Part shown: positions 40,945 through 48,731 of the stretch, piece by piece
Numbering within the stretch: the stretch's first letter is position 1
How the letters are laid out: every line of letters starts with the position of its first letter
Assembly: GCA_045653105.1 (NCBI GenBank)
Contig: JAZOLL010000060.1
Coordinates: 1-58,002, forward strand
Origin: Eubacteriales bacterium
GTDB taxonomy: Bacteria; Bacillota; Clostridia; Oscillospirales; CAG-272
Direction of reading: 5' to 3'
Length of the DNA: 58,002 bases
Notes under the pieces: model-generated
What the model saw: only the letters and a program-made list of their open reading frames with translations
Databases searched by the model: none
What the model was told of the DNA's origin: nothing
Program-made: the position numbers and the translations under genes

Positions 40945-41835
40945 TTATTTTTCTTCGGTATCGGAAAAAATATTGTTTCCGCAAAGATTTGTGAGAAGCG
41001 CCTCAAGATCCTCGTCGCTGTCGTATGTGAGCTCAACGACACGTCTCTTTGAGGAGCGTGATATTCTCACCTTTCTGCCGAGAGCCGACATCGCGCGACG
41101 CTCAAGCTCCTTCATGTGTACCTTTATCTGCGGATGGACCTTTGCCTCCTCGTCCTCCTCCGCGCGAGCGTTCATGCGCTTGACCGCGTACTCGACCTCG
41201 CGGACTGAAAGTCCCTTGGAAACTGTGCGCTCCGCAAGCTTTATTATCTGCTCGTCGTCCTCAAGACCGAGGAGCGCTCTCGCGTGGCCTGCGGTGATGT
41301 CGCCTGCCTTGAGCATCTGGAGCACCTCGTCGGGAAGCTCGAGAAGTCGGAGCATATTCGCAACTGCGGGACGGCTCTTGCCGACCTGCTTTGCCACCTG
41401 CTCCTGTGTGAGACCGAATTTTTCGATAAGCGCGCCGTATCCGAACGCTTCTTCAACGGGGTTGAGATCCTCACGCTGGATATTCTCGATAAGCGCTACC
41501 TGAGCCGCCTTGAGCTCGTCACCGTCAAACACGATAGCGGGAATTTCTGTAAGTCCTGCCATTTTTGACGCTCTCCAACGGCGCTCGCCCGCGATTATCT
41601 CGTAAAATCCGGGAGCTGTAGCGTTTTCGCGCACGATTATAGGCTGAAGCACACCGTAAGCCGCGATAGAATCCGCAAGGACCTCAAGCGACTCGCGGTC
41701 AAAGGTCTTTCTCGGCTGATCGCGTCTGGGCTCTATATCAGAGATCCTGAGTGTCTGACCCGTGCCTTTTTCAAATGTATTGTCGTCGTAAATATCGTAA
41801 AAGCCTCTGCCGAGACCTCCAAGTTTCTTTGCCAT
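40945..41835 (-). CDS. parB: Chromosome partitioning protein ParB/Spo0J
   Basis: QPRK.F, AGERRWRA, ENIQREDL, HTH KSRPAVANMLRLL and GHARALL motifs. Confidence 0.95.
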   Translation of the reverse strand: MAKKLGGLGRGFYDIYDDNTFEKGTGQTLRISDIEPRRDQPRKTFDRESLEVLADSIAAYGVLQPIIVRENATAPGFYEIIAGERRWRASKMAGLTEIPAIVFDGDELKAAQVALIENIQREDLNPVEEAFGYGALIEKFGLTQEQVAKQVGKSRPAVANMLRLLELPDEVLQMLKAGDITAGHARALLGLEDDEQIIKLAERTVSKGLSVREVEYAVKRMNARAEEDEEAKVHPQIKVHMKELERRAMSALGRKVRISRSSKRRVVELTYDSDEDLEALLTNLCGNNIFSDTEEK

Positions 41836-41845
41836 ATCTATCTCC

Positions 41846-42037
41846 TTACTTCTTGTAGTTAGATTTTATGCTCTTATTTCTGATTATCTCGGGGTAAATT
41901 TCAGAGGTGGATGTCATAGGAACCTTTTTTGTTTCGGTTCTGATGACTACCTTTGCCGTGCTTTTTCTTATCTCGGGAGAGTTGTCCTCGAGAAGATCTC
42001 CGAGTCCTCTGCCAAGACCTGATGTTTTTTTCTGCAT
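41846..42037 (-). CDS. Small protein consisting of a ParB-like N-terminal LGRGL motif plus a basic tail (63 aa)
   Basis: GGAGG RBS 9 nt before ATG 42037 (alternative GTG 42043); MQKKTSGLGRGLGDLLEDN; the stop codon overlaps the parB SD (TAAGGAG). Confidence 0.75.
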   Translation of the reverse strand: MQKKTSGLGRGLGDLLEDNSPEIRKSTAKVVIRTETKKVPMTSTSEIYPEIIRNKSIKSNYKK

Positions 42038-42055
42038 TTTCACACGCCTCCGATC

Positions 42056-42817
42056 TTATATTCTCGTGACAAGCTCTTTTGCGACCTCGATATACTCCTT
42101 AGCGCCCTTAGAGCTCTTGTCGTGGTAGAATGCGGGTCTGCCGAAGCCGGGTGCCTCGGTGAGCTTGACGTTTCTGGATATCTTTGTCTCGAAAAGCTTG
42201 TCGTCATAGTGCTTCTTAAGCTCTGCCATGACCTGCATGGAGAGAAGCAAACGCGCGTTGTACATAGTGATAAGTATTCCGCAAACATCGAGATCGGGGT
42301 TGTAGAGACGCTTTATGCGGTTTATCGTGATGAGAAGCTGTGAAAGTCCCTCAAGCGCGTAGAATTCGCACTGCATGGGCACGATAACTCCGTCACTTGC
42401 GGTGAACGCGTTGATCGTGAGCATTCCGAGAGAAGGAGGACAGTCGATGAGTATGTAGTCATAGACGTCTTTTACGGGCTCAAGCGCGTTTTTCATGCGC
42501 TTTTCGGTGTCCTCAAACTCGTAAAGGTCAAATTCTGCGCTGGAGAGCGCGGTGTTTGTGGGGATCACCGAGAGATTTTCAAAGGGAGTCTCAACGATTA
42601 TCTCCTCAACGGGGAGTCTGCCCGAGAGAAGCTCTCTCGTGCCGCCCTTAAGCCCCTTCTTTGCAATTCCTACTCCGCTTGTAGTATTACCCTGGGGGTC
42701 GAGGTCAACTATAAGAACTTTTTTGCCGAGAATACCGAGAGAAGCCGCGATATTAACGCAGGACGTTGTCTTACCAACGCCGCCCTTCTGGTTGGCAAAA
42801 GAAATGATTTTTCCCAT
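42056..42817 (-). CDS. parA: Chromosome partitioning ATPase ParA/Soj
   Basis: NQKGGVGKTT, DLDPQGN, DCPPSLG and QCEFYALEGL motifs. Confidence 0.97.
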   Translation of the reverse strand: MGKIISFANQKGGVGKTTSCVNIAASLGILGKKVLIVDLDPQGNTTSGVGIAKKGLKGGTRELLSGRLPVEEIIVETPFENLSVIPTNTALSSAEFDLYEFEDTEKRMKNALEPVKDVYDYILIDCPPSLGMLTINAFTASDGVIVPMQCEFYALEGLSQLLITINRIKRLYNPDLDVCGILITMYNARLLLSMQVMAELKKHYDDKLFETKISRNVKLTEAPGFGRPAFYHDKSSKGAKEYIEVAKELVTRI

Positions 42818-42880
42818 TTATACTTCCTTTCTGTCGCCACGGGCTGTGACGACGGCAGATTTCGATAGTTAGTTAAAAGA

Positions 42881-42909
42881 ATTATATCACACGCGCGCGA
42901 GGAATGCAA
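42881..42909 (-). promoter_or_regulatory. sigma-A promoter of parA
   Basis: Minus strand TTGCAT-N17-TATAAT with extended TG. Confidence 0.7.
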
Positions 42910-43004
42910 TAGCTTTTCTGCATATTTTTCGCGTTTTTAGAGAGATTTTAGGTGTTTTCATGAAAAAACCGCCCTTTTGGGGCGGATCTTGGTCTCTGCG
43001 GCGA

Positions 43005-43138
43005 TGTTTCACGTGAAACAAGAGCGGCTTTGAGGCGGGCCGTAAACCTCTGTTTTACGTGAAACAAGCAAAGGGGTGAGCGTGAATGTTTCACGTGAAA
43101 CAAGCAAAGAGTTCAGCGTAAATGTTTCACGTGAAACG
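43005..43138. promoter_or_regulatory. parS: Cluster of four parS centromere sites
   Basis: TGTTTCACGTGAAACA at 43005 and 43087; 1-mismatch copies at 43051 and 43123. Confidence 0.93.
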
Positions 43139-43184
43139 GTGGACTGCAAAGCAAAGGCGGGCGGAAACTTTTTGGCGCTATATA

Positions 43185-44033
43185 CTACTTTCGAAGCACC
43201 ACGCGCACCTCTACGCTGCGTTCTCGGGTGATGACCTCACAGGTCGCCTCTTGGCCTTGTTTCTTGAGCGCGTCGATGCGCTTTTGAATGTTAGATATGA
43301 ACTGACGTGCCTTTTTCTCTGCGGAAAAGACCTCTTTTTCTGCTTTTTCTACCTCTTTTGCGCTATTTTTCTGCTTTTCGAGGATACGGTCTATGTATTG
43401 CTCGGTGTTCAGAACGTTCATAGATCCCTCGCAAATATAGCGGATCGCCTCGGCTCGCGCCTCGTGAGAGTCAAGCCGCAGGAGAGCTCGCGCGTGTCTC
43501 TCGGAGAGGTCGTTCTCAAGGATCGCACGCTGCTCGGCATCCGAAAGCCGCAAAAGACGTATCTTGTTTGCCACCGCGGACTGACTGAGCGACATTTTCC
43601 TTGCCACCTCGTCCTGCGTGAGTCCGTGGTTTTCTATCAGCTTTTTGAATCCGTATGCCTGCTCAAACATATTCAGATCCTTTCGCAAGAGGTTTTCGAT
43701 TATCGCAAGCTCTGCCGAGGTCTGCTCGTCCGCCTCGATAACTATGCACGGTACGGTGAAATATCCGAGCATTCTTGCCGCGCGAAGTCTTCGCTCTCCC
43801 GCCACGAGCTCGTATGTATAGATGTCGTCGCTATCCGATCTCCTTACCGTCAGCGGCTGGATTATCCCGTATCGCCTTATCGAATCCGCGAGTCTTATGA
43901 TAGAATTGTTGTCAAAATCCGCCCTCGGCTGCGCGCGGTTAGCTCTGATATCGTCTGTCTTTACCTGGATCACCTGAGAAGAGACGGGATACTCCTCGAG
44001 GTTTCTTCTCCTGAAATACTTAAAATCCGTCAT
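43185..44033 (-). CDS. noc: Noc-like ParB family protein
   Basis: QPR, AGERRLRA, ENL.R.DL and SQSAVANKIRLL motifs; lies between rsmG and parA; AAGGAG RBS favours ATG 44033. Confidence 0.8.
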   Translation of the reverse strand: MTDFKYFRRRNLEEYPVSSQVIQVKTDDIRANRAQPRADFDNNSIIRLADSIRRYGIIQPLTVRRSDSDDIYTYELVAGERRLRAARMLGYFTVPCIVIEADEQTSAELAIIENLLRKDLNMFEQAYGFKKLIENHGLTQDEVARKMSLSQSAVANKIRLLRLSDAEQRAILENDLSERHARALLRLDSHEARAEAIRYICEGSMNVLNTEQYIDRILEKQKNSAKEVEKAEKEVFSAEKKARQFISNIQKRIDALKKQGQEATCEVITRERSVEVRVVLRK

Positions 44034-44064
44034 TTTTATCTCCTTTTCCTTAAATATCTCCCAA

Positions 44065-44080
44065 AGTTTCACGTGAAACA
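44065..44080. promoter_or_regulatory. parS: parS site upstream of noc
   Basis: AGTTTCACGTGAAACA (1 mismatch). Confidence 0.85.
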
Positions 44081-44211
44081 TTTGGTAATAACATTCTACT
44101 ACGGGGGAAATAAAAAATCTGTCAGAATAAGGGGGTGGAAAATAAAGGACTTCTGCGGTGTTTTGTAAGCTCTTGTCGGTATTTCTTGCCGAGCAAAAGA
44201 AAAAACCGCTA

Positions 44212-44946
44212 TTAAAGCGGTTTTTTCGATATTTTGGCGAAAGCCCTCGGATATATTTTCGGGGTTGTCTCGACCTTTTTTGTTATTATCAAACGGCGGC
44301 TCTCAAAATTCTCGCCGTTTTCTGTCAGATCTGCACGAACTATCTCGGAATCTGCTCCGCCGCAAAGCTTGATGGCACGGAGCGCGCCGGAGAGCTCCTC
44401 CTCGCCTTTCTGACCCTTCATTGAAATGAAAAGTCCGCCTATCTTTACAAAGCCAAGGCAAAGCTCGGAGAGAGTTGAAAGCTCGGCTACCGCGCGAGCA
44501 AGCGCGATATCATATGCCTCGCGGTTACCCGCGTTCACGTACTCCTCAGCTCTTGCCGCAACAGCCCTGACGTTTGCAAGACCGAGCTGTGCTGCCGCGC
44601 TCTCTACGTATCTTATTCTCTTTGCCGTCGCGTCAAGCGCGGTGATATCAAGGTCGGGGCGCATTATAGCGAGCGGGAGAGTAGGGAAGCCTGCTCCGCA
44701 GCCGATGTCTATTATACGCGCGCCTTCAGGCAGATATTTCGATACTGTGAGCGAATCTATATAGTGTTTGAGTAAAATTTGTGAACAATTTGTTATCGTG
44801 GTGAGGTTAAGGCTCTTATTTACCTCAAGCATAAGCTCGGTCAGAGCGTGGAGCGAGGATATCTGCTCGTCGCTCGGCATCTCTACAAGCTCGCCGTTGA
44901 GGGCGAAAAGTCGCTTCGCCTCGGCATAGAATTCTTCGTATATCAT
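44212..44946 (-). CDS. rsmG: 16S rRNA m7G527 methyltransferase
   Basis: NLT.I, KHYIDS, DIGCGAGFP, RAEE, ARAVA and YPR motifs. Confidence 0.95.
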   Translation of the reverse strand: MIYEEFYAEAKRLFALNGELVEMPSDEQISSLHALTELMLEVNKSLNLTTITNCSQILLKHYIDSLTVSKYLPEGARIIDIGCGAGFPTLPLAIMRPDLDITALDATAKRIRYVESAAAQLGLANVRAVAARAEEYVNAGNREAYDIALARAVAELSTLSELCLGFVKIGGLFISMKGQKGEEELSGALRAIKLCGGADSEIVRADLTENGENFESRRLIITKKVETTPKIYPRAFAKISKKPL

Positions 44947-44958
44947 AAAGACCTCTTT

Positions 44959-46815
44959 TTAGTGTATTCCAAGGTAGATCAGAAGCACGGTAATGTCCGC
45001 GGGGTTAACTCCGCTTATTCTCGATGCCTGACCGACGCTTGCGGGACGGATCTTGTCAAGCTTTTGAGCCGCCTCAAGGCGAAGTCCCTTTATAGCCTTG
45101 TAATCTATATCCGCAGGGAGCTTTTTCGACTCAAGTCTTGCCTGTCGCTCTACCTCGGAGCGCTGGCGCTTGATATATCCCTCGTATTTTACCGCGGTCT
45201 CCACCGTGAGCGCTTCTCTCATAGAAAGGGCAGGGCGCGCGGGGTCTATCTCGGCAAGCGCCTCATAGGTCACAGAGGGTCTGCGCAAGAGATCCGCAAG
45301 AGACGCGCCGCCCGAGAGCGGTGTCTGACCGAGAGATTCGAGCAAGGGGTTGGCTTTTGTGGGGGAAAGGAAAGTAGAGACAAGTCTCTTTATCTCGTTT
45401 TCTATGTTATTTTGCTTGGTTTTGAAGGCTTCGTAGCGCTCGTCGTCGATAAGACCTATTCTTCTGCCGATGGGGGTAAGTCTTGCGTCTGCATTGTCCT
45501 GACGGAGAAGAAGCCTGTATTCAGAGCGCGAGGTCATCATTCTGTAGGGCTCGTTAGTGCCCTTGGTGACAAGGTCGTCGATGAGCGTTCCGATATAACT
45601 CTCGGATCTCTCAAGTATCATCGGCGGCTCGCCAAGCAGACTCAGAGCGGCATTGATACCCGCAACAAGACCCTGCGCGGCAGCCTCCTCATATCCCGAG
45701 GTCCCGTTGAACTGCCCCGCGCCGTAAAGTCCTGAGATCCCTTTAAATTCAAGGGTCGGGAGCATCTGCGTGGGGTCGGCGCAGTCGTATTCTATCGCGT
45801 ACGCGTAGCGCATGATCTGCGCGTTTTCAAAGCCGTCAAGCGTTTTCAGCATTCTGTGCTGAACGTCGACGGGCAGGGAAGTGGAGAAGCCCTGAATGTA
45901 CATCTCGTCGGTGTGCGCTCCAACGGGCTCGACAAAAAGCTGATGTCTCTCTTTGTCTCTAAACCTGACGACCTTGTCCTCGATAGAGGGACAGTATCTA
46001 GGGCCTGTGCCGTGGATATGGCCCGAATACATCGCGCTTCGCGTGATATTTTCATGAATGAGCTCGTGTGTTTTCGCGTTTGTGTATACAACGTGGCAGG
46101 GCGTCTGCTCGAGCGAGTCGAAAAATGACTCATCGGTCAGAGCAGAGTATGGGATTATCCTCTCCTCGCCGTCCTGACGCTCGAGAGAATCAAGGTCTAT
46201 CGTGCTCTTTAGCACTCTCGCGGGAGTTCCCGTCTTGAATCGCATAAGGGTTACACCGATGCGCTCAAGGGCCGCCGAGAGTCCGCGAGCGGCAAGCATT
46301 CCGTCAGGTCCTGCGGAGTAGTTGACGTCGCCTACGAATATCTTTGATTCGAGGTATGTTCCGGTGCATATCACCGCCGCCTCGCACTCCCACACCTCGC
46401 CGAGCGAGGTCGTGACGCTCTTTATTTTGCCCTCCTCTACCGAAATATCCACTATCTCGGCCTGAACGAGGCGCAAATTCGGGGTTTTTTCGAGGATTTG
46501 CTTGATTATTTTCTGATATTCGCGTCTGTCTGCCTGGATTCGCTTTGAGTGGACTGCCGCGCCCTTGCCGAGGTTGAGGGTCCTTGACTGAAGCGTGCAG
46601 AGGTCTGCTGCGCGACCCATCTCGCCGCCGAGCGCGTCTATTTCATACACAAGATGGCCCTTGCCCGTGCCTCCGATCGAGGGATTGCAGGGCATATTGG
46701 CTATCGCGTCAAGTGACATCGTGAAAAGGACAGTGTCAATACCAAGGCGCGCGGATGCCAGCGCGGCTTCAACTCCCGCGTGTCCCGCTCCTATTATCGC
46801 TATTCTTGTTTTCAT
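44959..46815 (-). CDS. mnmG: tRNA uridine-5-carboxymethylaminomethyl enzyme MnmG/GidA
   Basis: GAGHAG.EAA, MPCNPSIGG, GPRYCPSIEDK and GTSGYEEAAAQG motifs. Confidence 0.97.
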   Translation of the reverse strand: MKTRIAIIGAGHAGVEAALASARLGIDTVLFTMSLDAIANMPCNPSIGGTGKGHLVYEIDALGGEMGRAADLCTLQSRTLNLGKGAAVHSKRIQADRREYQKIIKQILEKTPNLRLVQAEIVDISVEEGKIKSVTTSLGEVWECEAAVICTGTYLESKIFVGDVNYSAGPDGMLAARGLSAALERIGVTLMRFKTGTPARVLKSTIDLDSLERQDGEERIIPYSALTDESFFDSLEQTPCHVVYTNAKTHELIHENITRSAMYSGHIHGTGPRYCPSIEDKVVRFRDKERHQLFVEPVGAHTDEMYIQGFSTSLPVDVQHRMLKTLDGFENAQIMRYAYAIEYDCADPTQMLPTLEFKGISGLYGAGQFNGTSGYEEAAAQGLVAGINAALSLLGEPPMILERSESYIGTLIDDLVTKGTNEPYRMMTSRSEYRLLLRQDNADARLTPIGRRIGLIDDERYEAFKTKQNNIENEIKRLVSTFLSPTKANPLLESLGQTPLSGGASLADLLRRPSVTYEALAEIDPARPALSMREALTVETAVKYEGYIKRQRSEVERQARLESKKLPADIDYKAIKGLRLEAAQKLDKIRPASVGQASRISGVNPADITVLLIYLGIH

Positions 46816-46842
46816 CGGCAAAACACCTCCTTCTAACCCTAC

Positions 46843-46871
46843 ATTTTAACAGATTTCGAGGGGAAAGTCAA
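46843..46871 (-). promoter_or_regulatory. sigma-A promoter of mnmG
   Basis: Minus strand TTGACT-N17-TAAAAT with extended TG. Confidence 0.65.
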
Positions 46872-46873
46872 GT

Positions 46874-46918
46874 CGGGGGAGGAAAGCTTTTTCAGAAAAA
46901 AGCTTTCCTCCCCCCTTG
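46874..46918. repeat. Family C palindrome
   Basis: GGGGGAGGAAAGCTTTTTCAGAAAAAAGCTTTCCTCCCCC. Confidence 0.7.
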
Positions 46919-46938
46919 CATACAACATCCGCAAATCC

Positions 46939-47727
46939 TTATCCTATCTTTCTCGCTCTTGCGGCGAACTCGGATGGGGTTTCGGATGTGAGAGATTTAA
47001 ATACTTTGCAGAAATATGACGCGTTGGCAAAGCCGACGGCAACTGCGATCTCATCGATCGAGAGCTCTGTATTTACAAGCAATTCCTTGGATTTATCCAC
47101 TCTATACTGCTGGATATACTTTGTGGGCGGGGTATTAAATACGGCAGAGAAGATATTTCTGTAATATGTCTCGCCGATGCCCGACATTTCTGCGAGCTGA
47201 GGGGTATAGAGATCGGGATCCTTATAGTTTGTCTCGATGTATTTTACCGACTTGTGTATGATCGAATACTTGCCCGCGAGGGTAGAGCCGAAGGATTTTT
47301 CATCCGCGATCATCGTGAGGAGTCCGTAGAGCTCAGAGAGGCACTTGGATCTGTAAGCGGGGCCGCGGAGCGACCAGAAATGCGCGAGATTTATAGCGGA
47401 TTTGACTATTTCGCGGTTTCCCTCGATGCGAACACCCATAGGGGAGAGGTCGGCGGCGGGGGTGAGTGTGTCAAACTGCGCCACGATGCACAGACCGAAT
47501 CGCTCAACGTCGAGCTCGTATTTTGTACCTGCGGGCAAAAAAAGGACGTTGTCCGCGTCAACCGTGTACTCTTTTTTGTCGACTGTGTAGGTGGAGATAC
47601 CAGATTGTCTGATAATGAGCGCGCTGCGCTCGAGCCTTGTCTCGGCGGTAGTGTGCTTCTTTAATTTAAAGCTGTGAACGTCCTTTATCTCGGAGATCAC
47701 AAGCTCGGAAATCTCAAAATTTTTCAT
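46939..47727 (-). CDS. AraC family transcriptional regulator
   Basis: C-terminal double HTH: LAEMSGI..TY, SIDEIAVAVGF..ASYF.KVFK...TPSEF. Confidence 0.9.
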   Translation of the reverse strand: MKNFEISELVISEIKDVHSFKLKKHTTAETRLERSALIIRQSGISTYTVDKKEYTVDADNVLFLPAGTKYELDVERFGLCIVAQFDTLTPAADLSPMGVRIEGNREIVKSAINLAHFWSLRGPAYRSKCLSELYGLLTMIADEKSFGSTLAGKYSIIHKSVKYIETNYKDPDLYTPQLAEMSGIGETYYRNIFSAVFNTPPTKYIQQYRVDKSKELLVNTELSIDEIAVAVGFANASYFCKVFKSLTSETPSEFAARARKIG

Positions 47728-47916
47728 AAAATCCTCCGTGGATGCATGATAGTGATCTCATTTTAACAAATATTTCGAAATTTGTCAATAAAAAACGAAA
47801 AATCCGCGAAAACTTTAATATTTTCTGAAATATCAAGTGAGGAAAAATTGAGATTTTCGGTATAAAATATAAAAAATCGTCAAGAATAAAGAAAAAAGCG
47901 AAAGCGAGATCTCGGA

Positions 47917-48366
47917 ATGGATATAGAAAAGAAGACCTACAAAAAATATGCCGACGCGCATGCGCCAAAATCCCCGTTGATAAAGGATTGTATCCGCGCA
48001 TTTTTGTTTGGAGGAGGGATATGCGCCTTTGCGCAGGCGTTGACGAATATATATGTAGGATTTTTGGGAGCGAGCGAGGAGACCGCGGGCACGCTCACCT
48101 CAGTCACGCTCATATTCATCGCGGTCCTTTTGACCGCGCTCGGTGTTTTTGACAAGATCGCGAAGTGCGCGGGGGCGGGAACTCTCGTTCCGATCACGGG
48201 ATTTGCCAATGCCGTCGTCTCCCCCGCGATAGACAGCAAGGCGGAGGGCTTTATTTTGGGCGTTGGCGCAAAGATATTTACCGTCGCGGGCCCGGTTCTG
48301 CTTTACGCGATGCTCTCGGGCGCGGTGACGGGCGTGCTTTACTACCTCTGGACTCTGATTTTTTGA
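47917..48366 (+). CDS. spoVAC: Stage V sporulation protein AC
   Basis: AFLFGG.IC, AGAGTLVPITGFAN and KIFTVAGPV motifs. Confidence 0.9.
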   Translation: MDIEKKTYKKYADAHAPKSPLIKDCIRAFLFGGGICAFAQALTNIYVGFLGASEETAGTLTSVTLIFIAVLLTALGVFDKIAKCAGAGTLVPITGFANAVVSPAIDSKAEGFILGVGAKIFTVAGPVLLYAMLSGAVTGVLYYLWTLIF

Positions 48367-48449
48367 CGGCGGGGCAGGGAGGCTCTTGTTTATCGTAAAA
48401 AACGACAAAAAATTCTCAAACAAAAGAATATATTTGTTAAAATTATACA

Positions 48450-48478
48450 TTGAAATCGAGACTTTTTTGTGGTAAAAT
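48450..48478 (+). promoter_or_regulatory. sigma-A promoter of the riboswitch leader
   Basis: TTGAAA-N17-TAAAAT with extended TG. Confidence 0.65.
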
Positions 48479-48499
48479 GATAAAGTAAATTAAATATTT

Positions 48500-48620
48500 A
48501 CCGACGAAATTCTCGGGATCTCAAAGAGACCGAGGACGGAGGAACTCTGGAGAATCTCCCAGTGAGTGCCGAAGGTGCAAGGCGATAAGTCGCTGAATCT
48601 CTCAGGCAAAAGGACAGAGC
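48500..48620 (+). ncRNA. Glycine riboswitch (single aptamer with 5' hairpin)
   Basis: CTCTGGAGA...GCCGAAGGTGCAA...AATCTCTCAGGCAAAAGGACAGAG upstream of an AGCS transporter. Confidence 0.9.
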
Positions 48621-48731
48621 TGATGAATTTGATTTCATTGTTTTTTTCTTTATCAGGGGAGTTTTTGCAGCTGCAGAGCTCCCCTGAACTGTTTGTATAA
48701 ATAACTTATATAAAAATGAAAGGAAATCTCC

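Noticed and set aside
39568-41052. 494-aa plus-strand ORF, and similar long ORFs opposite gyrA, dnaN, glnA, the dehydrogenase and the symporter
   Set aside because: Antisense shadows of well-supported genes
43005-43138. Repeat-spacer pattern as a mini CRISPR array
   Set aside because: The repeat is the 16-bp parS palindrome, the spacers resemble each other, and there are no cas genes
44034-44081. N-terminal extension MFHVK... of the noc-like ORF
   Set aside because: It is the translation of a parS site; the RBS supports ATG 44033
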